Shown here in pieces: positions 30,948 to 39,790 of a stretch of 64,000 bases of DNA. A program made the translations under genes and the position numbers. The first letter of the stretch is position 1, and each line of letters begins with the position of its first letter. The stretch is from the NCBI GenBank assembly GCA_965233865.1, contig OZ247587.1:672001-736000 (forward strand). The letters run 5' to 3'. This DNA is from Candidatus Neptunichlamydia sp. (GTDB lineage: Bacteria; Chlamydiota; Chlamydiia; Chlamydiales; Simkaniaceae). Under the pieces are notes generated by a model. That model was not told the origin of the DNA. It saw only the letters and a list, made by a program, of their open reading frames with translations, and did no database searches.

Positions 30948-31819
30948 AAGAGATCATTTTGAAAAATATTTCCCCCCTTGGACATCCCTTAGAAGCAACA
31001 TTTGCGCCTGATAGAGGGATGAATCTATTAAGCTATAAGTTGGAGAAAATAGAGGTGATCGACCAAGCCACCCGCTCTCTCTTTGATGAAAGATTCGCTG
31101 GGCTTGGAGCATTGATTGGCCCACACTTTCACCATCGAAAAGAGATTCCCTCAAATTTTGATACTTCTTTGTTTCCCCATATTGCTAAAGCGATGGCCCA
31201 AGGGGGGAAAGAACCTTTTTCCCATGGGATAGCACGCTATGTTCCGTGGAAGTTTGTGGCAAGCTCCACCCAAATCAAGGGAAGACTCCGTGGAGATGAT
31301 CTTTATAAGGGGATCCCCTTAAAGGCGTTAGAAGGACAAGATTTTAATATGACATTTGAAGCGCGCCTTCTTACCGATGGCCTTTTTATTGAATATAAGG
31401 TCGATAGCCAACACCCCTCCGTTTTGGGTCTCCATTATTATTATAAGCTTAACAAAGCGGGTTTCATCTATGGAGCAATACAGAATACCTACCGCGATCA
31501 GACGGAGTGGAGGCCTCTCCCCTCTGAGTGGACTCAAAATAATCACCTCCACTTTCCACTTCCTCAGGAAGCTGATTTCGGTTTTATTCCAGAGACCCCC
31601 CCCCTCACCGATCACAATTACCACATGAACCTTAATACTCCCGAATACTCTCTCCATATCGATTACAATACAGCGTCTGACACGGAAATTTCCTGCCAAA
31701 TATTCCATCCTAAAGACGCAACCTACGTTTGTGTTGAGCCTATCACGGCCCGCTTTCCACTCGCGCCTATACTTACTCGCTCAACTCTCGAAGCCAAGCT
31801 CCAAATTTTCGCTCCTTAA
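30944..31819 (+). CDS. Aldose 1-epimerase / galactose mutarotase-like protein
   Basis: HGIARYVPW, GLHYYY and VCVEP motifs. Confidence 0.7.
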   Translation: MKEIILKNISPLGHPLEATFAPDRGMNLLSYKLEKIEVIDQATRSLFDERFAGLGALIGPHFHHRKEIPSNFDTSLFPHIAKAMAQGGKEPFSHGIARYVPWKFVASSTQIKGRLRGDDLYKGIPLKALEGQDFNMTFEARLLTDGLFIEYKVDSQHPSVLGLHYYYKLNKAGFIYGAIQNTYRDQTEWRPLPSEWTQNNHLHFPLPQEADFGFIPETPPLTDHNYHMNLNTPEYSLHIDYNTASDTEISCQIFHPKDATYVCVEPITARFPLAPILTRSTLEAKLQIFAP

Positions 31820-31919
31820 GAACTTAAGTTTTGAGTGTATTTTGCTTAGGTTAAGAGATCCACCATTATCCTCTAGAGGGAAAATAGCAGATGGTGTAGA
31901 AGGAAGGGTGAGGTGTCTA

Positions 31920-33527
31920 ATGGTTAAAAGGGTTGTCATTCTAGGTGGTGGTTTTGGGGGTGCATATACTGCAATGCATCTAGAAAAACACTTAAAAAAA
32001 ACAAAAGAACCCTTCGAAATTGCAATTGTCAATCGGGAAAACTACTTTGTTTTTCAACCAATGCTTGCAGAAGTCGTTGGAGGGTCTCTAGATCTCCTTG
32101 ATACGATTAACCCCTTGAGAAAACTCCTTCCAAAGACTAATCTTTATGTGAGGGAAATTGACTCGATCGACATCGAAAGTCAGAAGGTAATCCTCGCACC
32201 AAAATATTCCCATACTCCCTTTGACCTTCCTTATGATCATCTGGTGCTTGGGCTTGGAACTATAACAGATTTTCGAGGGATGTCTGGGCTTCACGAGCAT
32301 GCTCTTCCTTTCAAAAACCTTGCCGACAGTGTAAATATCCGCAACCAAGTCATTGAGGTTTTGGAAGGCGCTGCAAATGAAAAGGATCCTCTGTTAAAAC
32401 AAAAACTTCTTACATTTGTCGTGGGTGGTGGTGGATTTTCAGGAACGGAAGTAGTTGCTGAGGTCAATGACCTAGTCAGAAAACTTGCAAAAAAATATCC
32501 TGAAATTGACCCCAATCAGATCCGGGTGGTTCTTATTCATAGTAAAGACCGCCTGATGGAGCGAGAAATGCCTGAAACCTTAGGGCGTTATGCTGCAATG
32601 CTTCTTAAAAGGAGAGGCGTTGAAATCTATTTTAATGCACACCTTAAGGCAGCAACTCCTGAAGAAGCTATTCTTGATACTGGAGAACGCATCCCTTCTA
32701 AAACTGTTATTTCTACCGTTCCTTCTTCCCCCAACCCTCTAATTGAAAACCTCCCACTGCATCTTGAAAGAGGGAAAATTGTTGCAGATGCGGGAATGCA
32801 GGTTGAAGGACGGGCAAATGTTTGGTCTATCGGAGATTGTGCTGCAATTCCAAATCTAGAGGGAGGCGGATTGTGCCCTCCAACAGCTCAGTTCGCAATC
32901 CGAGAAGCTAAGATCCTTGCTCATAATATTGCCGCTTCACTTTCTTCTGGAGGAACAAAAAAAGAATTTCGGTTTAAAGCTTTAGGAATGATGGGGGCCC
33001 TCGGTCACCACTCCGCGGTAGCAGAGTTATTTGGAAAATTTAAGTTTTCGGGACTTCCCGCTTGGGTCATGTGGCGCATGATTTATTGGGCGAAACTCCC
33101 TGGAATTGATCGAAAAATCAAAGTTGCTCTCTCTTGGGTACTTGATACCATGATTCCTATCGAAGCTGTTCAAATTAAAACAAGTCCCACGCAGGGAATT
33201 GCAGAGCTTCACTTCGAAGCTAATGAAATTATTTTCCACGAAGGAGATGTCGGCGACTATCTCTACATCATTATTAATGGAGAGGTTGAAGTTTTCACAA
33301 CAAAAGATCAGAAGAAAAAACTGATTGCCAAGCTTGGTAAAGGTGAATATTTTGGAGAAATGGCTCTTCTTAACCAACGATCAAGATTTGCAACAGTTCG
33401 CTGTCTTTCTCCTGTGGATGTCTTAGCGCTACGTAAGAATGATTTTGGTGTTCTTATTTCAAATTTCCAAGAACTGCGCAAGGATTTCGAACAAACTGAG
33501 AAAACTCGTAGAAAGGAAATTGGGTAG
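31920..33527 (+). CDS. Type II NADH dehydrogenase with C-terminal cyclic nucleotide-binding domain
   Basis: GGGFGG, VGGGGFSGTEVVAE, IGDCA and PPTAQFA; C-terminal IFHEGDVGDYLYII..GEV...FGEMALL...RFATV. Start ATG 31920 has a GAGG SD. Confidence 0.88.
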   Translation: MVKRVVILGGGFGGAYTAMHLEKHLKKTKEPFEIAIVNRENYFVFQPMLAEVVGGSLDLLDTINPLRKLLPKTNLYVREIDSIDIESQKVILAPKYSHTPFDLPYDHLVLGLGTITDFRGMSGLHEHALPFKNLADSVNIRNQVIEVLEGAANEKDPLLKQKLLTFVVGGGGFSGTEVVAEVNDLVRKLAKKYPEIDPNQIRVVLIHSKDRLMEREMPETLGRYAAMLLKRRGVEIYFNAHLKAATPEEAILDTGERIPSKTVISTVPSSPNPLIENLPLHLERGKIVADAGMQVEGRANVWSIGDCAAIPNLEGGGLCPPTAQFAIREAKILAHNIAASLSSGGTKKEFRFKALGMMGALGHHSAVAELFGKFKFSGLPAWVMWRMIYWAKLPGIDRKIKVALSWVLDTMIPIEAVQIKTSPTQGIAELHFEANEIIFHEGDVGDYLYIIINGEVEVFTTKDQKKKLIAKLGKGEYFGEMALLNQRSRFATVRCLSPVDVLALRKNDFGVLISNFQELRKDFEQTEKTRRKEIG

Positions 33528-33546
33528 CAACCTATAATCGCTTATT

Positions 33547-34197
33547 ATGGATATTTGGCTCGATACAACAGATGTAAAAACAATCACCTTAGGAAACAGA
33601 TTAGGAATCCTGATGGGAGTCACGACCAACCCCTCTTTGATTGCAAACTCAGGGCTAAGTCTGGAAGAAAATATCGATGCTATTTTGAAGTGTCAGAGTG
33701 GTCCCATTACCGTTCAAGTCACAGCTGTTGATCATTCCGGAATTATTGAGCAAGCTGAAACACTTCGTGAGTTTTCCGAGCGAATCATCGTAAAAATTCC
33801 CGTAACTCAGGAAGGCCTCAAGGCTATGAATTCTCTTTCTCACTTGCAATTCCCTGTCATGGCAACGGCAATTGTTACTCCCTATCAAGCGCTATTTGCC
33901 TGCCACGCAGGAGCAGCCTTCATTGCCCCTTACTACTCCAGCATCTTGAATCCGTTAGATGCATTAGAAGCAATCACTCTAATGTTAGATCGCTATGGAT
34001 TTGAGACAGGAATCGTGGCTGCCTCTCTAAAAACTGAAGGCCATATCGATGATTGCTTCCAACTTGGTATTGACGCTATCACGCTTAAAAAAGAGCTTTT
34101 TGAAACTTTCATTGCCGATCAAAGTGGAACGTTTGAAGCATTAGATCGCTTTTCAAACGATTGGAAGAAAGCAAAGCCCTCTAATCTCCTTCAATGA
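33547..34197 (+). CDS. Transaldolase / fructose-6-phosphate aldolase family protein
   Basis: WLDT, GVTTNPSL, IVKIP (Schiff-base Lys), APY and AAS motifs. Confidence 0.88.
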   Translation: MDIWLDTTDVKTITLGNRLGILMGVTTNPSLIANSGLSLEENIDAILKCQSGPITVQVTAVDHSGIIEQAETLREFSERIIVKIPVTQEGLKAMNSLSHLQFPVMATAIVTPYQALFACHAGAAFIAPYYSSILNPLDALEAITLMLDRYGFETGIVAASLKTEGHIDDCFQLGIDAITLKKELFETFIADQSGTFEALDRFSNDWKKAKPSNLLQ

Positions 34198-34348
34198 GAC
34201 ATACAAGCACATCTTTAAAGGAGTGCTATTTATTCGTAACATTCTTATGATTCCTTAAAAATCAGAGACTTGATGTGAACTCAAATTCACGAAAGATTCT
34301 CACAAAACTAACTTAAAATTAGATACTTGCAACATATTAGGGTGCCAG

Positions 34349-36250
34349 GTGGATTCTAACATATTTCGATTGGCAGAGTTTTCAATTGGAACTGCTTCTA
34401 AATTAGCCAATTACAACACTGGAAAAGCAATTTCTGTAGGCGCAGCCCTCCAAACAAGGGTCATTCATTTGCAAAGAACCGACCACTGCGTTGCGAAAGA
34501 CACGCATAAAATCACAAAGATTCTTATAGCCCTTAACTGCATAGGCACGTTATGGACCGGAGGAAAACTCACAGAAATATTGCAAGACAAGTACCAGATT
34601 TCCTTGATGAGCCCAAAGATGCTGACGAGTAATTGGACTGTTCCAGATTGGTCCATGTCTAAAATTTTTCTTTACAATACTGTAGGGGTCACCGCTGGAG
34701 CAGTTACTCTACTGACCCTCTATAATTTAACAACCGTTGCATCAAGTGCATTTAAACCTAATGATAGCCGTAGAGAGTCCTTACAAATCTCATGGGAAGA
34801 TCCCTTCTCCCAAAGCCTCGCCCAAACGCTGTATACAACTCAGATTGTTTTAAATGTGGCCCTCTTTTGTTTAGGCTCTAATCGGATCGAGTCACTTGTT
34901 ACCATTGGTGGACTTGCTGGATCTCTTTACTCTTCGTTCAAAATGGAATGGCTAAACCTTGAGCAAAATTCGGCAAGTTATGCAGGAAAAATTCACTACA
35001 CGACTCTTTTGATTCCAAGCGGCAATAATGACAATAAAAGAGTGACCTGTTCAAAGGGATGTACAAAGGAGGGGCATGATCCTTTAGATCATATCATCAG
35101 TAAGTTCCAAGCAGTTGTAGAGCATTCGAATGACAAAAAAAACTACCATACCTACCGTATAACAGACGAGCATGGTATATTTTTAAGGTACGCTTATGCA
35201 CTCGAATGTTCTAGGGAATCCCTGCCAAACTGCATTTCCTGCCCTGAAACTCCTGCACACGGATACCTGAGTGTTGAAATAGGATCGATTGTCTGGAATG
35301 GCAATATGCTTGAACCTAAATCCGACTTTGGAGCGGCTCTCTACCTGACCTACGGAGTTGTGCAACTCAGCCTTGTCTTAGTACAACAAAAGTACCCTCA
35401 CTTAGCCGGCTCTATTTATAAGATCCAAAAAATCATGATTGGCCTCGATATCCTTGCGATTGCTGGAAAAATTGATGACTATCAGTCAATGCAGAATGAA
35501 GAGTGGGAAGATGAGGCAATTTTTGGAACCCTTGCAATCTCAGCGGTTGCCCTCGGATACATTCTTTATTACCATAAGACTGAGACAGGAAAAGATCTAA
35601 TCGAGCATGTCAAAGGAGTGATTCCAGAAAACAATCTAGCAAATCTAACAGTCAATTCAACAACGCCCATTTCATTCACAGTAATGCAATGGATGTTAAC
35701 GAACAAAATCATCCTTGACTTAGCTCTTGCTCCTCATGCTCCTAATGAACAGATTCACCTGCTTAGTGCTGCTGTTGAAGCGTTTGCTCTCTACAAACTC
35801 TCTCAAATACACTGGATCTTCTTCGAGAGAAAATACACGATGCCGCTCATGAATCGTCCTTTCAAATTATTTGATCTAACGCTTGCAGAAACAACAAATG
35901 CCGCACGCGAAAGTTTTGAGCATTCCTTAACAAAAGTCACAACGCGACTCCATTTTATTGTCTCTAGTGAAAAACATCTATTACCTGATGCTGAGTCAAT
36001 GCAAAAAATGCTCCAAGGAATCTACGACTACTCAACAAAGTTTTTTGAAGACAGTTTCTGGCAACATTACTGGCATGTAACCTACTATTGTGGTGTGGAA
36101 ATTAATCGTAAACTTATTATGCATGCTCAGATCTTCCCTCGTTCCCTTAAAATTGGGGATGTTGATTACTTCGATCTCCTAACCTATTGGGAAGGAAACG
36201 CATACAATTGTTTGGCAAGAACCACCACACTTAGCTTTCAAATGCAATAG
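34349..36250 (+). CDS. Hypothetical membrane protein with internal duplication
   Basis: 633-aa ORF with several hydrophobic segments and two similar blocks; no family recognised. Confidence 0.7.
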   Translation: MDSNIFRLAEFSIGTASKLANYNTGKAISVGAALQTRVIHLQRTDHCVAKDTHKITKILIALNCIGTLWTGGKLTEILQDKYQISLMSPKMLTSNWTVPDWSMSKIFLYNTVGVTAGAVTLLTLYNLTTVASSAFKPNDSRRESLQISWEDPFSQSLAQTLYTTQIVLNVALFCLGSNRIESLVTIGGLAGSLYSSFKMEWLNLEQNSASYAGKIHYTTLLIPSGNNDNKRVTCSKGCTKEGHDPLDHIISKFQAVVEHSNDKKNYHTYRITDEHGIFLRYAYALECSRESLPNCISCPETPAHGYLSVEIGSIVWNGNMLEPKSDFGAALYLTYGVVQLSLVLVQQKYPHLAGSIYKIQKIMIGLDILAIAGKIDDYQSMQNEEWEDEAIFGTLAISAVALGYILYYHKTETGKDLIEHVKGVIPENNLANLTVNSTTPISFTVMQWMLTNKIILDLALAPHAPNEQIHLLSAAVEAFALYKLSQIHWIFFERKYTMPLMNRPFKLFDLTLAETTNAARESFEHSLTKVTTRLHFIVSSEKHLLPDAESMQKMLQGIYDYSTKFFEDSFWQHYWHVTYYCGVEINRKLIMHAQIFPRSLKIGDVDYFDLLTYWEGNAYNCLARTTTLSFQMQ

Positions 36251-36264
36251 GTGGGGTTCCCCTC

Positions 36265-36298
36265 GGCTGTGTTGAAAAATGATTTATTCAACACAGCC
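36265..36298. repeat. 34-bp hairpin made of IS903-like terminal inverted repeats; possible terminator
   Basis: GGCTGTGTTGAAAAAT GATTTATTCAACACAGCC, a 12-bp perfect stem 15 nt after the stop of 34349-36250. Confidence 0.65.
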
Positions 36299-36465
36299 TT
36301 GGAGAATTCATGTATTTGATGTTTTCAAACAGAACTATATGACACTCAAAAATGCCCTGCCTCAAGCTGAAGAGGTTTAGCTATCAAATTGGCTTTGGGC
36401 AAGAGGTAAAATCGTTTTTTGGAAGGGACATCGCCTTGCTTTTCTACAAATTCCCAAGTAAATTC

Positions 36466-37269
36466 TTACGAACTAACAACCATCTCCCACATTAATATCC
36501 CCTTTATTGGACTTGCTTCCCCCTGAAACTTTACCTTCATTAAAGGTACTTTTACCTCACTATTCGCCCGAGTTATGATTGCATTCAGTTGAAGAATTCC
36601 TTCTTCAATTGAATGTCCTTCAAATCTTGCATCAAGAAATGGAAGAAGCTCGAAACACTTAAATGCCAAAGCAATTTGTGCATTGTGAAAAACCTGACGC
36701 AAACTACTCCCATAGACTCTAAAAACAAGGTCTGTGCGAGACTCTATCTCTTCAAATGGAGGAAGTAAATCATGGCTCCAAATCGGTTCATATCGAAGCC
36801 CCTTATAACTTTCATAGAGGTGAAAGTTATGGAAATACAGAGGAAGAGAATGAAAGTTCTTCTTCCATTCTTTCTCACTAAAGGGACTTCTTCCCAAAGT
36901 AACATGCTTTAAAAATTTTCTCCGCTCCAATTGATACCCCTCCTTTTCTAAAAACTCTGAGAGTTCTTTTTGATAGGCCTTAATAGGATCTTCTCCAAAG
37001 GGATCAACGTGCCATGTCACAACGTTTGGGTGCCTCTTCGGAAGGAACAAGCAAGAGTCTGAAATTCCTACAGGTCCCACACGAAAATGGGGCTTTGGAA
37101 GCCTGGGAATAAGATTGCGGAGTTTGCTGTAGGAGATGTCCCCTAAAAATGCCAATGTAAGGTGTCGGTGCTTTGCTTTCAGTGTGCGTGCATCCGGAAG
37201 GGTTTCAGGCCATGGAGCATGGACTTCAAATCCAAAAAAAAGACGTTTTCTATCCTCAATCTCATCCAC
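36466..37269 (-). CDS. 2H phosphoesterase (ThpR/LigT) fused to an archease-like C-terminal domain
   Basis: HLTLAF and HVTLGR motifs; C-terminal FEEIESRTDLVFRVYGSSLRQVFHNAQIAL...MKVKFQG. Confidence 0.78.
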   Translation of the reverse strand: MDEIEDRKRLFFGFEVHAPWPETLPDARTLKAKHRHLTLAFLGDISYSKLRNLIPRLPKPHFRVGPVGISDSCLFLPKRHPNVVTWHVDPFGEDPIKAYQKELSEFLEKEGYQLERRKFLKHVTLGRSPFSEKEWKKNFHSLPLYFHNFHLYESYKGLRYEPIWSHDLLPPFEEIESRTDLVFRVYGSSLRQVFHNAQIALAFKCFELLPFLDARFEGHSIEEGILQLNAIITRANSEVKVPLMKVKFQGEASPIKGILMWEMVVSS

Positions 37270-37495
37270 TTCTAGCCTGCTTCCTTAATAACATGCAGAA
37301 AAGTGCATAGAAAAACCCTAAGACTAGTCCAAATACTCTTAACAAAACGATGGAGGATAAGGGAAAAGATGATCCCAAATATAATTGCTGTCACATAGTG
37401 GGCTATATTCAATATAATTTTCACCGATAAGTATTCTTCTTCATACCCTAGGTATACTCAATCAAGAAAAAAGAGAGAAGCGGATTTAATTTAAA

Positions 37496-38818
37496 ATGCC
37501 TTCTTTAAAAGAATTTTTCTTCACTTCTTCACAAAATAAACCAGAATGCAGTATACCAAGGAGGATGACAAAACATGTTCATATGCGGCGTTGGATCATT
37601 TGGTCTCTTGCAGTCGCTTTCTACTTTTACGAATACTTCCTCCGTGTCGCGCCTAGCGTTATGGTCTCAGAACTGTTTAAGGCATTCAATATTGGTGCTG
37701 GAGTTTTTGGAATTATTTCCGCAGCTTACCTTTATGCCTATGCCCCCATGCAGCTTCCTGTTGGTGCCTTGATGGATCGCTTTGGAGCACGAAAGCTATT
37801 GACAATCGCAACCCTCATGTGTGGGATTGCATCTATCCTTTTTGGCATAGCTCCGAGGGTATGGCTTACTATTACTGCCCGTCTCTTCATGGGAGTAGGC
37901 TCAGCATTTGCCTTTATCGGAATGGTCTATATCTCTTCTCATTGGTTTCATGGAAAAATCCTTGCTCTGCTCGTAGGGATTGGAAACTCTATTGGGATGT
38001 TTGGAGCTGTTTTTGGAGAAGGGCCGCTTTCTGAGCTTATGCATATATTTTCTTGGAGGCAGGCTTCGGTCATCTTAGGCTTTGCTGGCATAGGGCTAGG
38101 AATCATTATCTATTTAGCAGTACGCAACGAACCTCCCTCGATGGAGCACTATGATCCTAAGCCCAAACTTTCCATGATTCAGGGAGTTAAAAGCGTTTGC
38201 AAAAACTCGCAGACCTGGATTAATGGGATTGTTGCAATGATGTTCTATACAGCCACCGTTTCGTTTGGAGGGCTTTGGGCCATTCCATTTCTTCAGCAAG
38301 CCCAAGGGTTTTCGAATGAGTCGGCAAGCTATGCCACGTCGATGATCTATGTAGGATGGATTGTAGCAGGACCTATTATTGGAACGATCTCTGATCGGAT
38401 TTGTAACCGAAAAATTATGCTTTTTACGTTTACTCTACTCAGTATCGTCTTTTTCTCTCTCATTACCTACACCCCAATTCGAAACCCTTTTTGGATTTTT
38501 ACCCTCATGTTTCTTCTAGGCTGCTGTCTATCGGGTGAGCTTCTCTGCTATTGTTTATCCATTGAGCTCAATCTCCCCGAAACGAAAGGTTCTGCCCTTG
38601 CCATCACAAATTTCTTAGTATTTGTAGCGGGCTCCCTTGTTCAAACTCTTGTAGGTCTTATCCTAGATTGGAATTGGAGTGGCCAAGTACTTCATGGAGT
38701 CCGTGTGTACGGCCTGACGAACTATAAAATGGCGCTCACTGTCTTTCCTATCACCATGCTGATTGCATTTATCTTTACTTTTTTCATCCGTGAAAAAGAT
38801 AAACCGTGGTGCAGTTGA
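37496..38818 (+). CDS. MFS transporter
   Basis: About 12 TM segments; GALMDRFGARK motif A and a second-half GTISDR. True start may be 37565. Confidence 0.9.
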   Translation: MPSLKEFFFTSSQNKPECSIPRRMTKHVHMRRWIIWSLAVAFYFYEYFLRVAPSVMVSELFKAFNIGAGVFGIISAAYLYAYAPMQLPVGALMDRFGARKLLTIATLMCGIASILFGIAPRVWLTITARLFMGVGSAFAFIGMVYISSHWFHGKILALLVGIGNSIGMFGAVFGEGPLSELMHIFSWRQASVILGFAGIGLGIIIYLAVRNEPPSMEHYDPKPKLSMIQGVKSVCKNSQTWINGIVAMMFYTATVSFGGLWAIPFLQQAQGFSNESASYATSMIYVGWIVAGPIIGTISDRICNRKIMLFTFTLLSIVFFSLITYTPIRNPFWIFTLMFLLGCCLSGELLCYCLSIELNLPETKGSALAITNFLVFVAGSLVQTLVGLILDWNWSGQVLHGVRVYGLTNYKMALTVFPITMLIAFIFTFFIREKDKPWCS

Positions 38819-38881
38819 AAGATCCTATGTGTAAGCCCAAAAGGCTGTCGATTCCCTGTATGAAAAAAGGAGCCTTCTTAA

Positions 38882-39790
38882 ATGAACCGTAAGTATGTCC
38901 TACCGACACTGGCTTTTTTTGGGCTCCTCTTTGCTCTTTTTATGGTATTTTATGGAGCAAGAACTCCTCCAATTCCTCCGATTGAATTCCCCCCTCCCGC
39001 TCCTCCCTATAAACATTACGTTGCTGGAGCAGGAGTTGTAGAAGCAGCATCTGAAGGTATCAAAGTGGGGGCCCCCTTTAATGAGATTGTCACAGATGTT
39101 TTTGTGAGTGTAGGGCAAATCGTGAAGAAAAACATCCCGCTCTTCCAACTCAATGTTGAAACGCTCAGTGCTGAGTATGAAGAAGTCAAACAAAAACGGG
39201 ATGTTGCTAAAACTAAATACGAGGATCAAAAGACAGAGCTTTCTCTTTACCAAAATCTCAAAGATAAACGGGCAGTGAGTGAAAATGAGATCAATAAACA
39301 ATACTATTCGACAGAGGCTGCCCTGAATGAACTGAAAGAGGCCGAGGCCTCAATAAAGGTCATCGCTTCAAAAATTCAACGCTCAACAATTCGAGCGCCC
39401 ATGAATGGGCAGGTCCTCCAAATTAATATCCATGTAGGAGAATCTGCAGATGTCAATCTTTTCAATAAAAAACCTCATATGCTTTTTGGGCAAACCGACC
39501 CGCTTCATATTCGAGTAGAAATTGATGAAGATGATGCATGGCGTGTGCAAAAAGGCTCTCCCGCAATTGCCTATATTCGGGGAAACAGTTCGATCAGCAC
39601 TCCTTTAGATTTTCTCTATATTGAACCCTATATCATCCCCAAATCAGCCCTAACTGGAGATAACCAAGAAAAGGTCGACACCCGTGTACTGCAAATTATC
39701 TACTCCTTTGAGAGAGAAAATCTTCCCATTTACCCGGGACAAATTATGGACATCTTCATCAAAGGAATTCCAGCAAATGAAAGGTATTAG
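38882..39790 (+). CDS. Periplasmic adaptor (HlyD/MFP) of an ABC efflux system
   Basis: N-terminal TM, lipoyl half-motifs (VFVSVGQIVKK, IRAPMNGQV), coiled coil, VDTRVLQIIY. Confidence 0.88.
   Translation: MNRKYVLPTLAFFGLLFALFMVFYGARTPPIPPIEFPPPAPPYKHYVAGAGVVEAASEGIKVGAPFNEIVTDVFVSVGQIVKKNIPLFQLNVETLSAEYEEVKQKRDVAKTKYEDQKTELSLYQNLKDKRAVSENEINKQYYSTEAALNELKEAEASIKVIASKIQRSTIRAPMNGQVLQINIHVGESADVNLFNKKPHMLFGQTDPLHIRVEIDEDDAWRVQKGSPAIAYIRGNSSISTPLDFLYIEPYIIPKSALTGDNQEKVDTRVLQIIYSFERENLPIYPGQIMDIFIKGIPANERY

Noticed and set aside
37262..37445. Short hydrophobic minus-strand frames upstream of the 2H gene
   Set aside because: Could be a membrane-gene remnant, but there is no convincing start or family motif.
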